Source of the DNA: Octopus vulgaris
Lineage: Eukaryota
DNA length: 64,000 nt
Reading direction: 5' to 3'
NCBI GenBank assembly: GCA_951406725.2
Contig: OX597820.1
Location: forward strand, 33,480,001-33,544,000
The notes beneath the pieces were generated by a model that saw only the letters and a program-made list of their open reading frames with translations, had not been told where the DNA came from and did not search any database. A program made the position numbers and the translations under genes. Below are positions 31,500 to 45,501 of this stretch, in pieces (within the stretch, counting starts at the first letter, position 1; each line of letters starts with the position of its first letter).

Positions 31500-33655
31500 A
31501 GCACAAGTTTTATGAGAAGCGCCTCGTGGAAGAGGTTTCAAAGCAGGCCACTTTGAAAAAGCCTTCAAGGAAGCAAAGTCAAAACTGAAATGTACCACTC
31601 GAAGAATAAAGAATAACTGGTGATCTAAAGTATCAGCGGAAATGTAGAGGGTTTATAACTGCAGAAACTTGAAAGTATTGCACTACTCATTAAGGCAAGC
31701 TTTTGGCCCACAGTCCACAAAAATGGCACCGTTGAAGTGAAAACGTGGACATGTCTTCAGCAAAGATCCAGAAAGAATCATGAATCGGTGAACTGAACAC
31801 TTTAAATCTCTGTGTGGTAACCCATCTGTTGTTTATGATGAAATTATTAATAGATTGCCGTAAAAAGAGATTATGACAGAAATGAAGAATAATCCCAAAA
31901 TTGATGAGATAAGGTCTACTATGAAAGACGTAAACATAGGTAAAGACTCGGGTTTAAATGAGACACCTGTTGAGCTGCTTCGCTTTGGAGGATGTAATAT
32001 TGCTACGGTCATTCATGGTTAGTTTTATCTTTATGGCGTGTCGAGTTTTTATCTCAGGGCTGGGTACATGCAGTGATGCCTTCCATTTTCTGTGGTAAGG
32101 CATCACTTCCAAGACTCAATGTGATGATTATCGTGACATAAGTCCACTCAAATCTATAGGAAACATTTTATCCAAGATTTTGCTGAACCTCCTATCAAAA
32201 TCGATTTACCATGGTGCCATCCCTAGGATCCAGTGTCGATTTAGAACTGGTTAGGGTACTATGGATACGATTGTTCCAGTCCGTCAGCCAATAGAGATGT
32301 ATGCTGAGCAACGAGTACCGCTGTATCAAGTTTTGTGGACCTTTCTAAGGACTTCGATACTGTTAATCGTAGTTCAGTGTGGCTCATGTTGGGGAAGCTT
32401 TGATGTCCTCAATTTGTTGTAATTTTCAAAAAGCTTCGTGAAAACATGAGAGCAAAACTGAACTTCAGTGGGACAGCGATATCAAACAGGGTGACATTTC
32501 ACCACCAACTCTGTTCTCCATATACTTTACTGTACTACTTACAAATGTCTTCCTGCGATTTAAAATTTGCAACAAAGTTTTTAATCTGAGACGTTTCAAC
32601 ACCAAGTCAAAACACTGCACTCTTGTCGGAGAGTTCCTTTATGCTAATGATGCGAATGTTGTGGCTCATTCAGTGAAGGACATTCAGATGACAATGGACT
32701 TCTTCAACAGTGCATGCACTGCATTTGGTCTAAATATCCGTTTCAAATTTTGGTACAAGGTCAGCAATTTCGGAGTGGAGAGGACTACATTGATTACATC
32801 GACCCCAGTGATCAACTGGTCCTTATTTTATCGACTCCGAAAGGACAACTTTGATTTCGGCAGAATTTGAACTCAGAACGTAAAGACGGACAAAATGATG
32901 CTAAGCATTTTCTCAACGTACTAACGATTCTGCCACCTCGCCGCCTTATATTTGCTCTAAATATAACCATAAAGACAAAGGTAATTTAAACTTATCAGTT
33001 GGGGAAGTGTATGCGAAGCCTGTGGGGGGAAAGAGACTTGGTGTCATGAAAGGTTTTGTACATCTTGGAAGCACACTTTGTAGAAATGATACCCTTGGGG
33101 CTGAAATACATCACAGTACTGAGATAGCAAGTGCTGCTTTCGGGAAACTTGTGAAACGAATTTAGTCATATCGTAATATCACGAGATACAAAGCTCGTTG
33201 TGTATGAAGCCCGTGTTCTTACAGCCTTGCTATACGAGTGAGAAACGTAGATAACTTACCGGCATCACATCAAGTAGTTGAAAAAGTTTCATTAGCATTG
33301 AATCCGACGCATCCTGAACACAAAGTAGTCCTATTATACATCTAACATTGTTGCAATTGAGAAGGCTGTAGCAACATTGAGAAAAGGATAATTTTGAACT
33401 AGATGCGTTGGGATGGTCTTGTTGTCAGGATAAAAGACGGGAGGCTACCCACTCAGATATTTTATGACGAGCTGACCCAAGGGGGAAAAGCCTCAACATA
33501 AACTCAGGAAGCGGTTTGAGGATGTCATAAAAGGTAAGAACCTGGAGATTGATATGGATAAATGGGAGACATTGGCAGAAAGCTAGAGATCGTGGAGAAA
33601 ATCTGTCCAGCACAGATCTCGAGCCATCGAGCGAAAACGGACGGAGCATGCTGCT
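31500..33655 (+). pseudogene. Highly degraded RTE-clade LINE RT region, interrupted by a SINE (~32740-32945)
   Basis: DLSKDFDTVNR..W..LGKL, EFLYAND..VAHSVKDIQ, HLGSTL remnants. Confidence 0.75.
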
Positions 33656-33890
33656 ACATTCCGTTCACTTTGTAGTTGTGGCTGCTTGGTAACCACTTGG
33701 TTCCCAACCACATGGTTCAGACTTGAGTTCCACTCTGTGACACTTTGAAAAAGTGTATCCTACTATAATCACGGGCCGAACTGTTACTCCGTCGAAGATT
33801 GTGTATATATGTTCCTTTCACCGCCATCTAAGAGATACAATGTCTTAGATACATACATGCAACTATAAACATACCTATACTTATGTACAA

Positions 33891-34111
33891 GGCAGCGAGC
33901 TGGCAGAAACGTTAGCACGCCAGGCGAAATGCGTAGCCGTATTTCGTCTGTCGTTACGTTCCGAGTTCAAATTCCGCGGAGGTCGACTTTGCCTTTCATC
34001 CTTTCGGGGTCGATAAATTAAGTACCAGTTACACACTGGAATCGATGTAATCGACTTAATCCCTTTGTTTGCCCCCTCTGTGTTTAGCCCCTTGTGGGTA
34101 GTAAAGAAATG
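33891..34111 (+). mobile_element. tRNA-derived SINE family 2 with Nin/Deu-like domain, 15-bp TSD
   Basis: gcctttcatcctttcggggtcgataaa..agtacca core; TSD tatacttatgtacaa at 33876-33890 and 34112-34126; further copies near 32740, 51050, 51890, 53180 and 58480. Confidence 0.85.
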
Positions 34112-34259
34112 TATACTTATGTACAAGCACACACAATCACATAAACACGTATACACACACATATATATATATATATACGTATAATCACACACACACATGA
34201 TGATGATGATGATGATGAGGAGGAGGAGGAGGAGGAGGAGGAGGAGGATTATGATAGCA

Positions 34260-34995
34260 CTTACAGTTTCAATATCATTAACTGGTCAATTACGGAAATA
34301 TGTAATTGATAGAAAAATACGAAAATTGTTGACAATGCATAGAATGTACCACCCTAAGGCAGGTATAGAACGACTTTACCTGCCAAGAAAAGAGAGTGGC
34401 CGTGGACTTTTACAACTGGAATTAACAATGAAGATTGCCACAATTGGCCTAAGTACCTATCTGGAAAAACTCTGATGGTTGGATGCTAAAACTTGCCCGA
34501 AAGCATGAAAACAATAAAGCATCATACTCAGTAACAAAACAGGCAAAGGAATACAACAAATCCCAGAATTAGACGTACTGGAAACAAGCACAAAAAAAGC
34601 GTATGAAAACCCATTCTAATACTGCTGCCTTAGATATTCTTTCTGATAAATGGCAAAAAAACCCCTCTCAATGGTAAGTACCCAAAGAAAGCTAATAATG
34701 CTGATGTTAACGAAGCCCTTACCCATCAATGGGTTTGTCATAGCAGCCCAAGATCAATGCCTACATACAAGGAGCAACCAGGCCAACATATTAAAGAACG
34801 GCAGTAGCCCAACATGTCGTGTATGTAAACAACAAAATGAAACCATTGATCATGTTGTCTCCATGTGCAGTCTTCTTGCGCCTACAGAGTATCTTAACAG
34901 GTATGATAGAGCAGCACAATATATTCACTGGGTAATTTGCAAAGACCTGGACCTGTCTCATGATAAAAACTGGCGGGAACACAAACCACCTCCAT
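34260..34995 (+). pseudogene. R4/Dong-clade LINE internal fragment
   Basis: IDRKIRKLLT..MYHPKA.IERLYLPR..GRGL; AAQDQ; CRVC..ETIDHVVSMC; YIHWVIC. Confidence 0.85.
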
Positions 34996-35105
34996 ACATA
35001 CACACATACATACATACATACATACATACATACATACATACATACATACACACACACATACATACATACACACACATACATACATACATACATACACACA
35101 CATAC

Positions 35106-35136
<31 letters not shown>

Positions 35137-35195
35137 CATACATACATACATACATACATACATACATACATACATACACACACACATACTTACAT

Positions 35196-35226
<31 letters not shown>

Positions 35227-35786
35227 TAAATACAAACATACATACATACATACATACACACACACATACATACATACACACACATACATACATACATACA
35301 TACATACATACATACATACATACATACATTCATACATACATACATACATACATACATACATACATACATACATACATACATACATGCAGACATACATACA
35401 TGCATACATATATATATATAGATAATAGATCCCAGATATTGATGTGTGTGTGTATGTTTGTCTTTATGCTTGTGCTCGTTCCCCAGCACTGCATGACAAT
35501 CAGTGTAGGTTTGTTTACATCCCAGCGACTTGGCGAAAAGTTATCGAGAGAATAGGTACCAGGCTTAAAAATATGTGCTGGGGTCAGTCTGCATCGAAGC
35601 AGTGGTAATAGCATAGCCACAGTCCAAAGACAGCCACAAGTAAAAAGTAGTGTGTGTCTGTGTGTGTTTGTCTGTGTCTGTGCGTGTGTGTGTGCACGCG
35701 CGTGCGTGTGTGTGTGTGTGTGTGTGTGCATGTGTGTGTTTGTATGTGTGTATTTACGAATGCATACATGCTTGTATAAAAACTTC

Positions 35787-36285
35787 GCCCTTTTCAAGCC
35801 TAACCAGGCTCATGGGCCTGGTCTCCTGGTTTCTGTGGCGTATGTGTTCCCCCCAGCTGGACGGAACGCCAGTATAACAGAGTATAACAGAGGTCGCCAC
35901 CACCCCCTGCCGGATCCTCGTAGAGCTTTTAGGTGTTTTCGCTCAATAAACACGCACAACGCCCGGTCTAGGAATCGAAAGCGCGATCCTCCGACCGCGA
36001 GTCCGCTGCCCTAACAAATGGGCCATTGCGCCTCCACTTGTGCCCTTTTAAAGCCTAGCCAGGCTAATGGGCACGGTTTCCGGTTTCAATGGCGTATGTG
36101 TTCCCCAGCTGGACGGGACGCCAGTCCATCGCAGCGTTACTCACTTTTGCCAGCTGAGTGGACTGGAGCAACGTGAAATGAAGTGTTTTGCTCAAAGATA
36201 CAACGCTCCGCCCGGTCCAGGAATCGAAACCACAATCTGGCGATCATGATGCGGACACCCTAACCACTAAACCACGCGCCTCCAC
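35787..36285 (-). mobile_element. Dimeric tRNA-derived SINE family 3 (two related monomers head-to-tail)
   Basis: Two gtggaggcgc-starting monomers with A/B boxes; flanking repeat catgcttgtat; same dimer at 54402-54954. Confidence 0.8.
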
Positions 36286-36386
36286 ATGCATGCTTGTATG
36301 TATGCATATATGTATTCATGCAGGCAGGCATGCATGTACGTATAAGTATGTATATATGTATGTATGCCTGCAAGTATGTATGTATG

Positions 36387-36420
<34 letters not shown>

Positions 36421-36558
36421 TGTATGTATGCATGCATGCATGTATGTATCATGTATGTATGTATGTATGTCTATACACAGAGATAAATGTATATTTATCA
36501 ATATATATATGCACTTTTCGTATGTGCATATATATATATATACATACATAAGTATGTA

Positions 36559-36598
<40 letters not shown>

Positions 36599-37074
36599 TT
36601 CTTTACTGCCCACAAGGGGCTAAACATAAAGGGGACAAACAAGGACAGGCGAACGGATTAAGTCGATTATATCGACCCCAGTGCGAAACTGGTACTTTAT
36701 TTATGTATGCATGCATGTATGTATGTATGTATGTTTGTACTATGTAGATATGTATATTGTTTTGAAAGCCTTCAAAGCAAACTGCCTATTGATATGTTGG
36801 TACACAGCTGCCACTGTATCATGCTTATTTATGCAATTAATCATAAAACAGTCTATGTAACAGTATGATATTGAATGTTAAGAACTAACAGCTGTTACCA
36901 CTGCAAAGCAACAATTGTATTTGTAACTGAAGTTTGTTTATTCCATTTTCAAGTATAATTTTTCATGTGAGTTATGTACAATAACGGAGTTCCACACATT
37001 TATTTAACTCGAAAATAACCCTGCTATATGTTGGCATATGATAACTTATGTCAGCAGTGGAGCTTTTAAATGCA

Positions 37075-37835
37075 CGTTATGAGGTACTCATATGGAATTT
37101 CAATTCCAACTCCTGTAGTTTCGCCAATGACATTTTTGCGATGTGTGGTCTGGTGTTGTTTTGCAATAAAATAGGAGTGGTTCTGTTGACTAATCTAGGC
37201 TGTTTTTTTTTTGTAAATTTCTGCATCATTTGGTCCAGTTGGCTGCAGTATACTTCAGCCGTGATTGATGAGCCAGGTTTAATGAAATCATAATGGATCA
37301 CACCTGCGCTAGACCACCACACACACCAACAGCTTCTTTTGATGAATTTTGCTTTTTGGACTGTGTTTTGGTGGCTCGTCTTTGTCCAACCATTGTGCTG
37401 ACCGTTTACGGTTGTTGTATTGGATCCATTTCTTATCACATTTTGCAATTCGATTCAAAAATGATTCATTTTTGTGACGAGAAAGTAGCATAATGTAGGC
37501 TTTCAAATGCTCTGTTTCTGATTTTCATTGAGTTCATGTGGAATCCACTAATCCAAATTTTTCACTTTACCGATTTGAACCAGGTGAGTCAATATAGTTT
37601 GCTTGCTAACACCAAACAACAACGATAATCCACGGACACTTTGAGATGGATCTGACTCGACGGTGGCTTTCAGTTCGTCATTATCCATCTTTGGCTCTGG
37701 TCGACCGCGTTGCTCATTTGTGAGGTTAAAGTTACCAGAACGAAATTTTTCAAACTAATTTGATACTGTCTGCTGTGTAATAACATTACAATGAAATACT
37801 CCATTAATATTCCGAGTTGTCTGTGATGCTGTATT
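37075..37835 (-). pseudogene. Degraded mariner transposase
   Basis: PHELNENQK, CDKKWIQY, VWWS.AGVIHY, LLQNNTRPH motifs; no clear TIRs. Confidence 0.85.
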
Positions 37836-38220
37836 AGGTACAGGGAGAGAGAGAGGAAGGGTATCCCTCTTCCTATTCACCATTCATTTATTTATTTGGT
37901 CCTTTACCATTGTATTAGAATGAGTTTACGGATGGTGACATCTTCAAAAAAAAAAAAACAGGTGCAGTTTGGTCATCACTGAATGTCATTTTGCTTTCTT
38001 TCTCTCCTCCCCTTTTCCTTTTTTCCTCTTTCTTTTCCCCTCTTTGAGTTATATTTAGAATACAAAATGTACTGTCTCCCCTTCCAAACACTCAATTTTG
38101 GGGGAAATTTTTTATGGAATGTAGTTCTGCATGAAAAAACATTAGTATAATATTTGAAAATTAACAATTAAAAAATTTTTTAAATAAAATGAAATGATAT
38201 ATATATATATATATATATAA

Positions 38221-38470
38221 CGGGAAGCTTTATGAAAATAAACAAAAGACGAAGGCAGGTGGAGTACAAACAAACAATTGTATTAGTATGGCGCCCAGGA
38301 ATATAAATAAAACAAGTCTTTTACGTTTCGAGCCTACGCTCTTCAACAGAAAGATACACAGAAAAGAAACACGGAGAGAAACAAGGAGAGAAAAAAAAAG
38401 CGTGCAGAAGCTAGCGATTCAACATGGCGATCTGATTCTAGCCAGAAGTCAGAGATCAAACGTGAGACGC
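38221..38470 (-). mobile_element. PLE 3' end fragment with minimal HHR-like motif (38317-38354)
   Basis: Homologous to 6081-6280; rc CTGTTGA-agagcgtaggctc-GAAAC-GTA. Confidence 0.65.
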
Positions 38471-38900
38471 AAGAGCGAAAATAGGGGAGATAACAGGGTC
38501 AAATGACTTCGCCCCAACATAAGGGTGCGTGTGTGTATGAGAGAGTATGTGGTGCGTATGAAAGGTCTGGACGTGTGTATGTATGTATGATGTGATGTGT
38601 AATGTCGTATGGTGTGGTGTAGAGAGGGGAGATGAGGGGGAGAAGGGGGAGGAGATGAGGGTAGAGTGGAGGAGGATGGAGGGAGGAGGATGGAGGGAGG
38701 AGGAGGGAGGAGGAGGAGGGAGGGAGGAGATGAGGGTGAGGGTGAGATGAGATGAGGGGGAGGGTGAGAGGGGAAGGAAAGAGGAGAAGAGGGGGGAGGA
38801 GGGGGTTGGGAAAGGAGGAGGGGGATAGGGGGAGAGAGAAGGGGAGTGAGGTATATATATATATATATATATATACGTAAAGCTAGAACATCCCAATGCT

Positions 38901-38988
<88 letters not shown>

Positions 38989-39049
38989 GAACATTTGTAG
39001 AGATGAGCCACATTTGGAATAAAAAATGCAAATTTTCCACTTTACCTTC

Positions 39050-39200
39050 AGACATTCACTTTCGGGCATTTGGAAATATGCAACGACAGAAAATTCAAAA
39101 AATTTCCCTTTTACAAATGTGCACGGGACGATCCGCAATACCGAAAAGCAATGGAACAGCATTTCATCAAAAAATTCTCTCCAAAATTGACCGTTTGAAG
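39050..39200 (+). pseudogene. PLE GIY-YIG C-terminal fragment
   Basis: GHLEIC..FK.FPFYKC...RKAMEQHFIKKFSPKL, the PLE endonuclease C-terminal pattern. Confidence 0.55.
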
Positions 39201-39448
39201 GAAAAACGAAGATAGTACATTTTGTATGTGTTTTACTAATGTTCTCGAATGCAAAAACATGAAATTGAAAGAGGCGTGATCGAAGTTACACAGTATAAAC
39301 ATGGACATGTTCCCAAACACACATACACACACGCAGACACGCAGACACACACTTCATCAAGGGATTCTCCCCCAAAATTGAATGTTTTAAGGTAAAGTGG
39401 CGAATTTGCATTTGTTATTCCAAATGTGGCTCATCTCTACAAATGCTC

Positions 39449-39521
<73 letters not shown>

Positions 39522-39771
39522 AAAAAGAAAGAAAGAGGAAATAGAAGGAAAGAGGAAGAGAGAAAGACAGCAAAATGACATTCGGTGATGATCAAACCTG
39601 TTTTCTTTTTTTTTTTTTTTTTGAAGAGGTCCCCATTCTTAAACCCATTCAAATACAATGGTAAAGGACTAAATAAATAATGAAAAGTGAATAGAAAGGA
39701 AGATACCCCTTCTCTCTCTCTCTCCCTCTACCTATCTATCTGTCTGACAATCTATATTTCTGTCTATCTAC

Positions 39772-39848
<77 letters not shown>

Positions 39849-40099
39849 AGCCTATCTACCTACCTATATTTCTATTTATCCATCTCCATTGTCATGGAAC
39901 CTCATCCCCAAAATCAAAAACAATGTTCCCTTCTAAACAAAACACTCCAAAAACATCTGTTTTATATAAATGAATAAGCTGTTTGTACATTCACAAAATT
40001 TTATTTGACAAGTTCGAGAAAGGAACGAAAGCGCTAATAATAAAGAAATAAAAAGATTTTTTTCCCCAAAATTCTGACGACTTTTTTTTCGATATTCAA

Positions 40100-40800
40100 T
40101 TTCTGTACACTCGGTAGCGACACTCCGGTCTCTCACCATTTCCGCTCTACCGGTCATTCTTTACGACTCCTGTCTATGTTCAGATTTCCCTTGCACAGTG
40201 GCTATCCGGACTCCCGTCTTCGCCGTGAACAAGAATTAATCTTCTCTGTTCGCTCCTTTGCGCCAAATGGGCTCAACTCTCCTCCCCTCTTCATCTAACA
40301 CCCTCCTCTCTCCTCTCTTCCTCTCACATCTATTTCGTCCCTTCACTCCCACCCACCTCTCCTCTCCTCTTGCTCGACACCTACTTCCTCTCTTCACTCC
40401 TACCCACCATTTTCCTTCCACCCTCTCCCTTCATCGTCACCTCTCCATCGTTACCCCATCCCTACACATTCCCACCCTACCACCCCTATACATCCCATCG
40501 CACACATTCCACTCCCACATACCCTACCTCACCCTCACACTCCATTCCCTCTTTTTTATCTCCCCTTCTTCCTAGCTCTCTTGTCTGACCACCTGTGTCC
40601 GGCATTCGCCATGATTGATCGCTAGCCACTAAACCTCTTTTATTTTCTTTCTCTACTTATTTCTGTGTTCCTTTCTGTTGAAGAGCGTGGACTCGAAACG
40701 TAAAAGACCTTTCTCACTTCCCAAGCGTTAAACTAATATCTCTGTTTGTTGCTTACACACTCGTCTTCGTCTTTTGTTTTGTTCTTTTGTAAATTCCAAC
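40100..40800 (+). mobile_element. PLE (Neptune-like) 3' fragment: GIY-YIG C-terminus, CT-rich UTR, minimal HHR (40671-40707), ends in (TA)n
   Basis: TPVSHHFRSTGHS...RLRREQELIF...PNGLN; cttt-CTGTTGA-agagcgtggactc-GAAAC-GTA-aaag. Confidence 0.75.
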
Positions 40801-40836
40801 TATGTATATATATATATGTATATGTGTATATATATA

Positions 40837-41625
<789 letters not shown>

Positions 41626-41650
41626 ATATATATATATATATATATATATA

Positions 41651-41967
41651 GGATAGATAGTTTTCGAAAAAAATTCTATCAATGGCCAGCATATTAAAAA
41701 AAAACTTTAAAGGCTAAATTTATAAACAATTTATAAATAAGGGCAAAAGAAAAAACTTCTAATGCCAAAATATGCCGAAAATAGACACTACGTTAATAAC
41801 CATGTAAGTTATCACTACAAGCACGTGTTTCAAAGAAAGCCGACAGAAATTTCTAAAAAATCCCGTTATTATCATATCGGACCCTATTTCAGAGTTAGTT
41901 CATAAGAACCTTCTCTTCATCAGTGATAAATGCGGTAAAGAAAAAAATTTTACCCTTGTATTATTAA

Positions 41968-41968
<1 letters not shown>
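41651..41968 (-). mobile_element. PLE-derived fragment with HHR (41809-41929) between (TA)n tracts
   Basis: rc ttatca-CTGATGA-agagaag...ctttcttt-GAAAC-acgtgctt-GTA-gtgataa. Confidence 0.6.
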
Positions 41969-42056
<88 letters not shown>

Positions 42057-42060
<4 letters not shown>

Positions 42061-42548
42061 TAATAATAGAAGGGTAAATTATTAATTAATTTATAATAGA
42101 AGGGTAAATTAATTTAAAATTATAATTTACTCCATGATAGAATACTGCAGTTTTCTGCGGTATTGTTCGTAGCATACACGTGAGTATAGAGTTTGTAGAG
42201 TGTATTCACACTCGGCTCTCTAAATTTTGGAAGTGTTAGTTGGATATCTGTTGGATATCTGTTTATAAACAATTTATAAGTATTGTGTGCATATTCAGCC
42301 ATAGCACTTTCAAATTTTATAAATTGGAAATATACTGAAGTGAGAAGTAAGTAAATTTAAATCACTTTAATCTCGAAACGCGTATATAATTAATCCTGTT
42401 TGTGTTGATTCATTATTTTTCTTTTTGCCTTCGTAAAAAAGTATGCTTACCGTCATGGAGATTCTTATAGTAGCAGAAAAGGAACTTTAACTCCTATTTC
42501 TAAATTCGGTACGTGGTGAGCCAATTAGCTGAACCCTAATTAATAATT
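42057..42548 (+). mobile_element. PLE-derived fragment with HHR (42331-42388) between (TA)n tracts
   Basis: tata-CTGAAGT-gaga...tctc-GAAAC-gc-GTA-tata; palindromic ACGCGT stem III. Confidence 0.6.
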
Positions 42549-45501
42549 ATATATATATATATATATATATACAAAAAGCAATAAAGATTCAAGTTAATTT
42601 AAATGAATTTACTTGAATATGGTACCTAACTTAGATGCACCAAAAAAAACTATACTGATTTAACAATACAGTAATGTGGGGTGATTATAAGCGAGAATGA
42701 AGCAACAAGAATGGATAGGTTTTTAGTACAATCGTTTCATACAAGGACAGGTTTTATTAAAAGTTGCAAAAATTACAGCATATAAACGTGTCCCGTACTC
42801 ATCAGCTAAAATACATGTGAGTTCTCTAGACATCCTAGTGGTTGAGGCTATACTCATGAAGTAATGTAGATAATTAAGTAACATAAACAGATTTCAAAAG
42901 TTCATTAAAGTTCTTTAAAGATGATGTACAGTCTTATCACAGAATTTTAAAAAAGTCTTAATAGCATCACAGAGAAGGTGACCTAATCCATAGTGCACAT
43001 ATGAATTTCCAGAGATATGATGAGGGATTACATACTCACAGAAGACAAATTTATCCATTGTTAATTACAACGAGGTGGGTTTCAATTCCTGCTTATTAGC
43101 ATTACAGAGAGGGTGAATTAATCCTTTGTATAGATGCACAATTTCCAATGGTGTAGGTGTAAATTTCCAAGGAATTTCATATTCACAGGCGATAAATTTA
43201 TCAATGGTTGAACACAATGAGGTAGGTATCAATTCTTGCTATATGATTAGGTATTTGCCACATTAATCACATTACTGCTATTTACAAGAGGCTGTAGCTA
43301 TTTAACTTTTAAAGGCTGAAGGGCTTACTAGAGCTGTATAGAATAGAAAAGGGAAGGGCATAGAAGAAAAGAGAGAAAATAAAGGAGGAGGGAGCAAAAA
43401 AGGGGGGGAGGGGGACTCAAAGAGAAGAGAAAAGGAAAAAGAGAATAAGAAGAAGAAAAAGAAAAAAGAGAAAAGAGAAAGAAATAGGGAAGGAAGGGAA
43501 AAAAAGAAAAAAAAAAAAGAAAAAAGAAGAAAGAAGAAAGAAAAAGAAAAAAAGAGGGTTCTAGTTATACAGAAGAATTAGTAGACGACAAGTCTGGTTT
43601 TAATTTACAGGCATCTAGGAATTAGAGGAGAATATTATTCTTTGACCAGTTAAAACAGCTAATTTATTGCTGTTGAAATCAGCTATGAATTTAAAGAGAA
43701 TCTAAAGAGATAACACAGTTAGGGGTTTCGGGGTCAGATGCTAAAATCACCAGAAAATACATTAGGGAAAACTAGGTATAATCTTATCAAAAAGTCATTA
43801 AAATTTACTTATTTAATTTATTCATTTTATTGTCTTAAGGAGTTGCCGTTATTATTCATACATTGACGGACTACAGGTCAAATCTTAGAAGATCATTCAA
43901 AAGGTGTTAGGGGATTGTCTATCATAATGAAGATAATCATATTATCACCGAGGGAATAGCCTTATTTATTTAATTTTGAAATAGAATTATGGGTCTATAG
44001 TAACTCATTTTAATTAATTAGAGTTATGCTAATTAAATTAGATTAAGTTAGGAACTAAAATTAAAAATTACAATTAAGATTTAAAATTAAGAATTTAAAA
44101 ATTTAAAAATTGTGAGTTTGAAATTAAATAAAGCCTCAATTAAGCAGCGAATAAGTGCTATTCATTTCCCTGTTCTCAAAAACTGATGCAGATATAAGGA
44201 AAAAGATAACCGTAGTGTGAGAACTCTTAGTTATCTACTTAAAGCAGTGCTATACCAGTAGAAATCAGGTTATATCTATCTATCTAGTTACGAATATTCT
44301 AATCATTTAAAATATTTTAAAGTCTTCAATTTAGCGTGGACACAAACTTGACCTAGTTCAATATGGTTATTCAATAGGTTTCTATGTTTTCTATGCTTTA
44401 GAATTTCATATGTCTCCATGGAGCATAGTTGGCAACCAACCCTACTATTTTTATACGGAATTGCTCTCCTAACTATTTCCCAATTAAGGTTATAATTTAT
44501 ATTATTATTTTTGAGTTCCCAGATTTTGTTTGAAAGTGTGGTGGTACCAGCTTTATGACGTAATTTAAAAGTCGAGATGTGATTTCTAACTCTAGCTAAA
44601 AAATTAATTGTACATCCAATGTAATAATATTTGTTATTCTCCGTGGATATGGTACATTTATAGATTACATTATTTTCCCCACATAGACCAGGTGCCGGGC
44701 ATTTTGATTTTATTCTACACTTACACACAGGAGGAACACCTTCAGGCTTTGGATTATTCTTGGGTAGATGTTTTAGGTTCATATTATTTTGATTATCATT
44801 TCTATAGTTGGTGCTGATATCTAAAGTATTGCTATTATTTCTTGATCCTTCTGTTTCATTATTTAGATCTAAAGTCCTACCATGATTTCTTATATTATTG
44901 GTAATGTTAATATTATTGCTAGTCTTTTTATCCGACTGCATATTGTTGTTATAGATATCACTAATATTTTCATTCTCCTTATTTTCTCTATTTTCCCTAT
45001 TTCTATTATTTCTATTATTAACATTATTACTTCTACTAATATCGGCATTGCTATTATTACTATTAATGTTAATGTTATTAGTCATTCTGTGGTTACTAAT
45101 TTCACCTATGTTTTGATAGTTACTATTGCTGTTTTTATTGTTGGTAGTATTATTACAATTGCTATTGGTATTCATGCTGATATTATTATTTATATTTCTA
45201 TCTTTCCTGGCTAGTTTAATGTTGCTATTATTAATCTTAGCTATTAAAGTGGACATATTTGGGAGGGTTGAATAAGAAATCCTAACTGTTTTCCTAGAAA
45301 TAATTCTATGATATCTATGAGAGATAGGGAAATTTTTTTCCAGAATCACTTTGAATTTGTTCTGTATATCCGATTGTATCGCACAGTTGAAAGGAATATT
45401 CAGCCATAATATATCTTTTTTATTAAATTTAGGGTTCGTAGAATTATTACTATTCATCTCACCGGAGTTATTGTATTTATTACCATTATTTTTATTTTTA
45501 T

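Noticed and set aside
33891-33980. tRNA genes suggested by A/B boxes (here and at other SINE heads)
   Set aside because: They continue into SINE bodies, are multi-copy with TSDs and do not form full cloverleaves.
44303-45457. 384-aa ORF as an independent gene divergent from 45502-47232
   Set aside because: It is the inverted duplicate of the same PLE ORF, opened at an internal Met.
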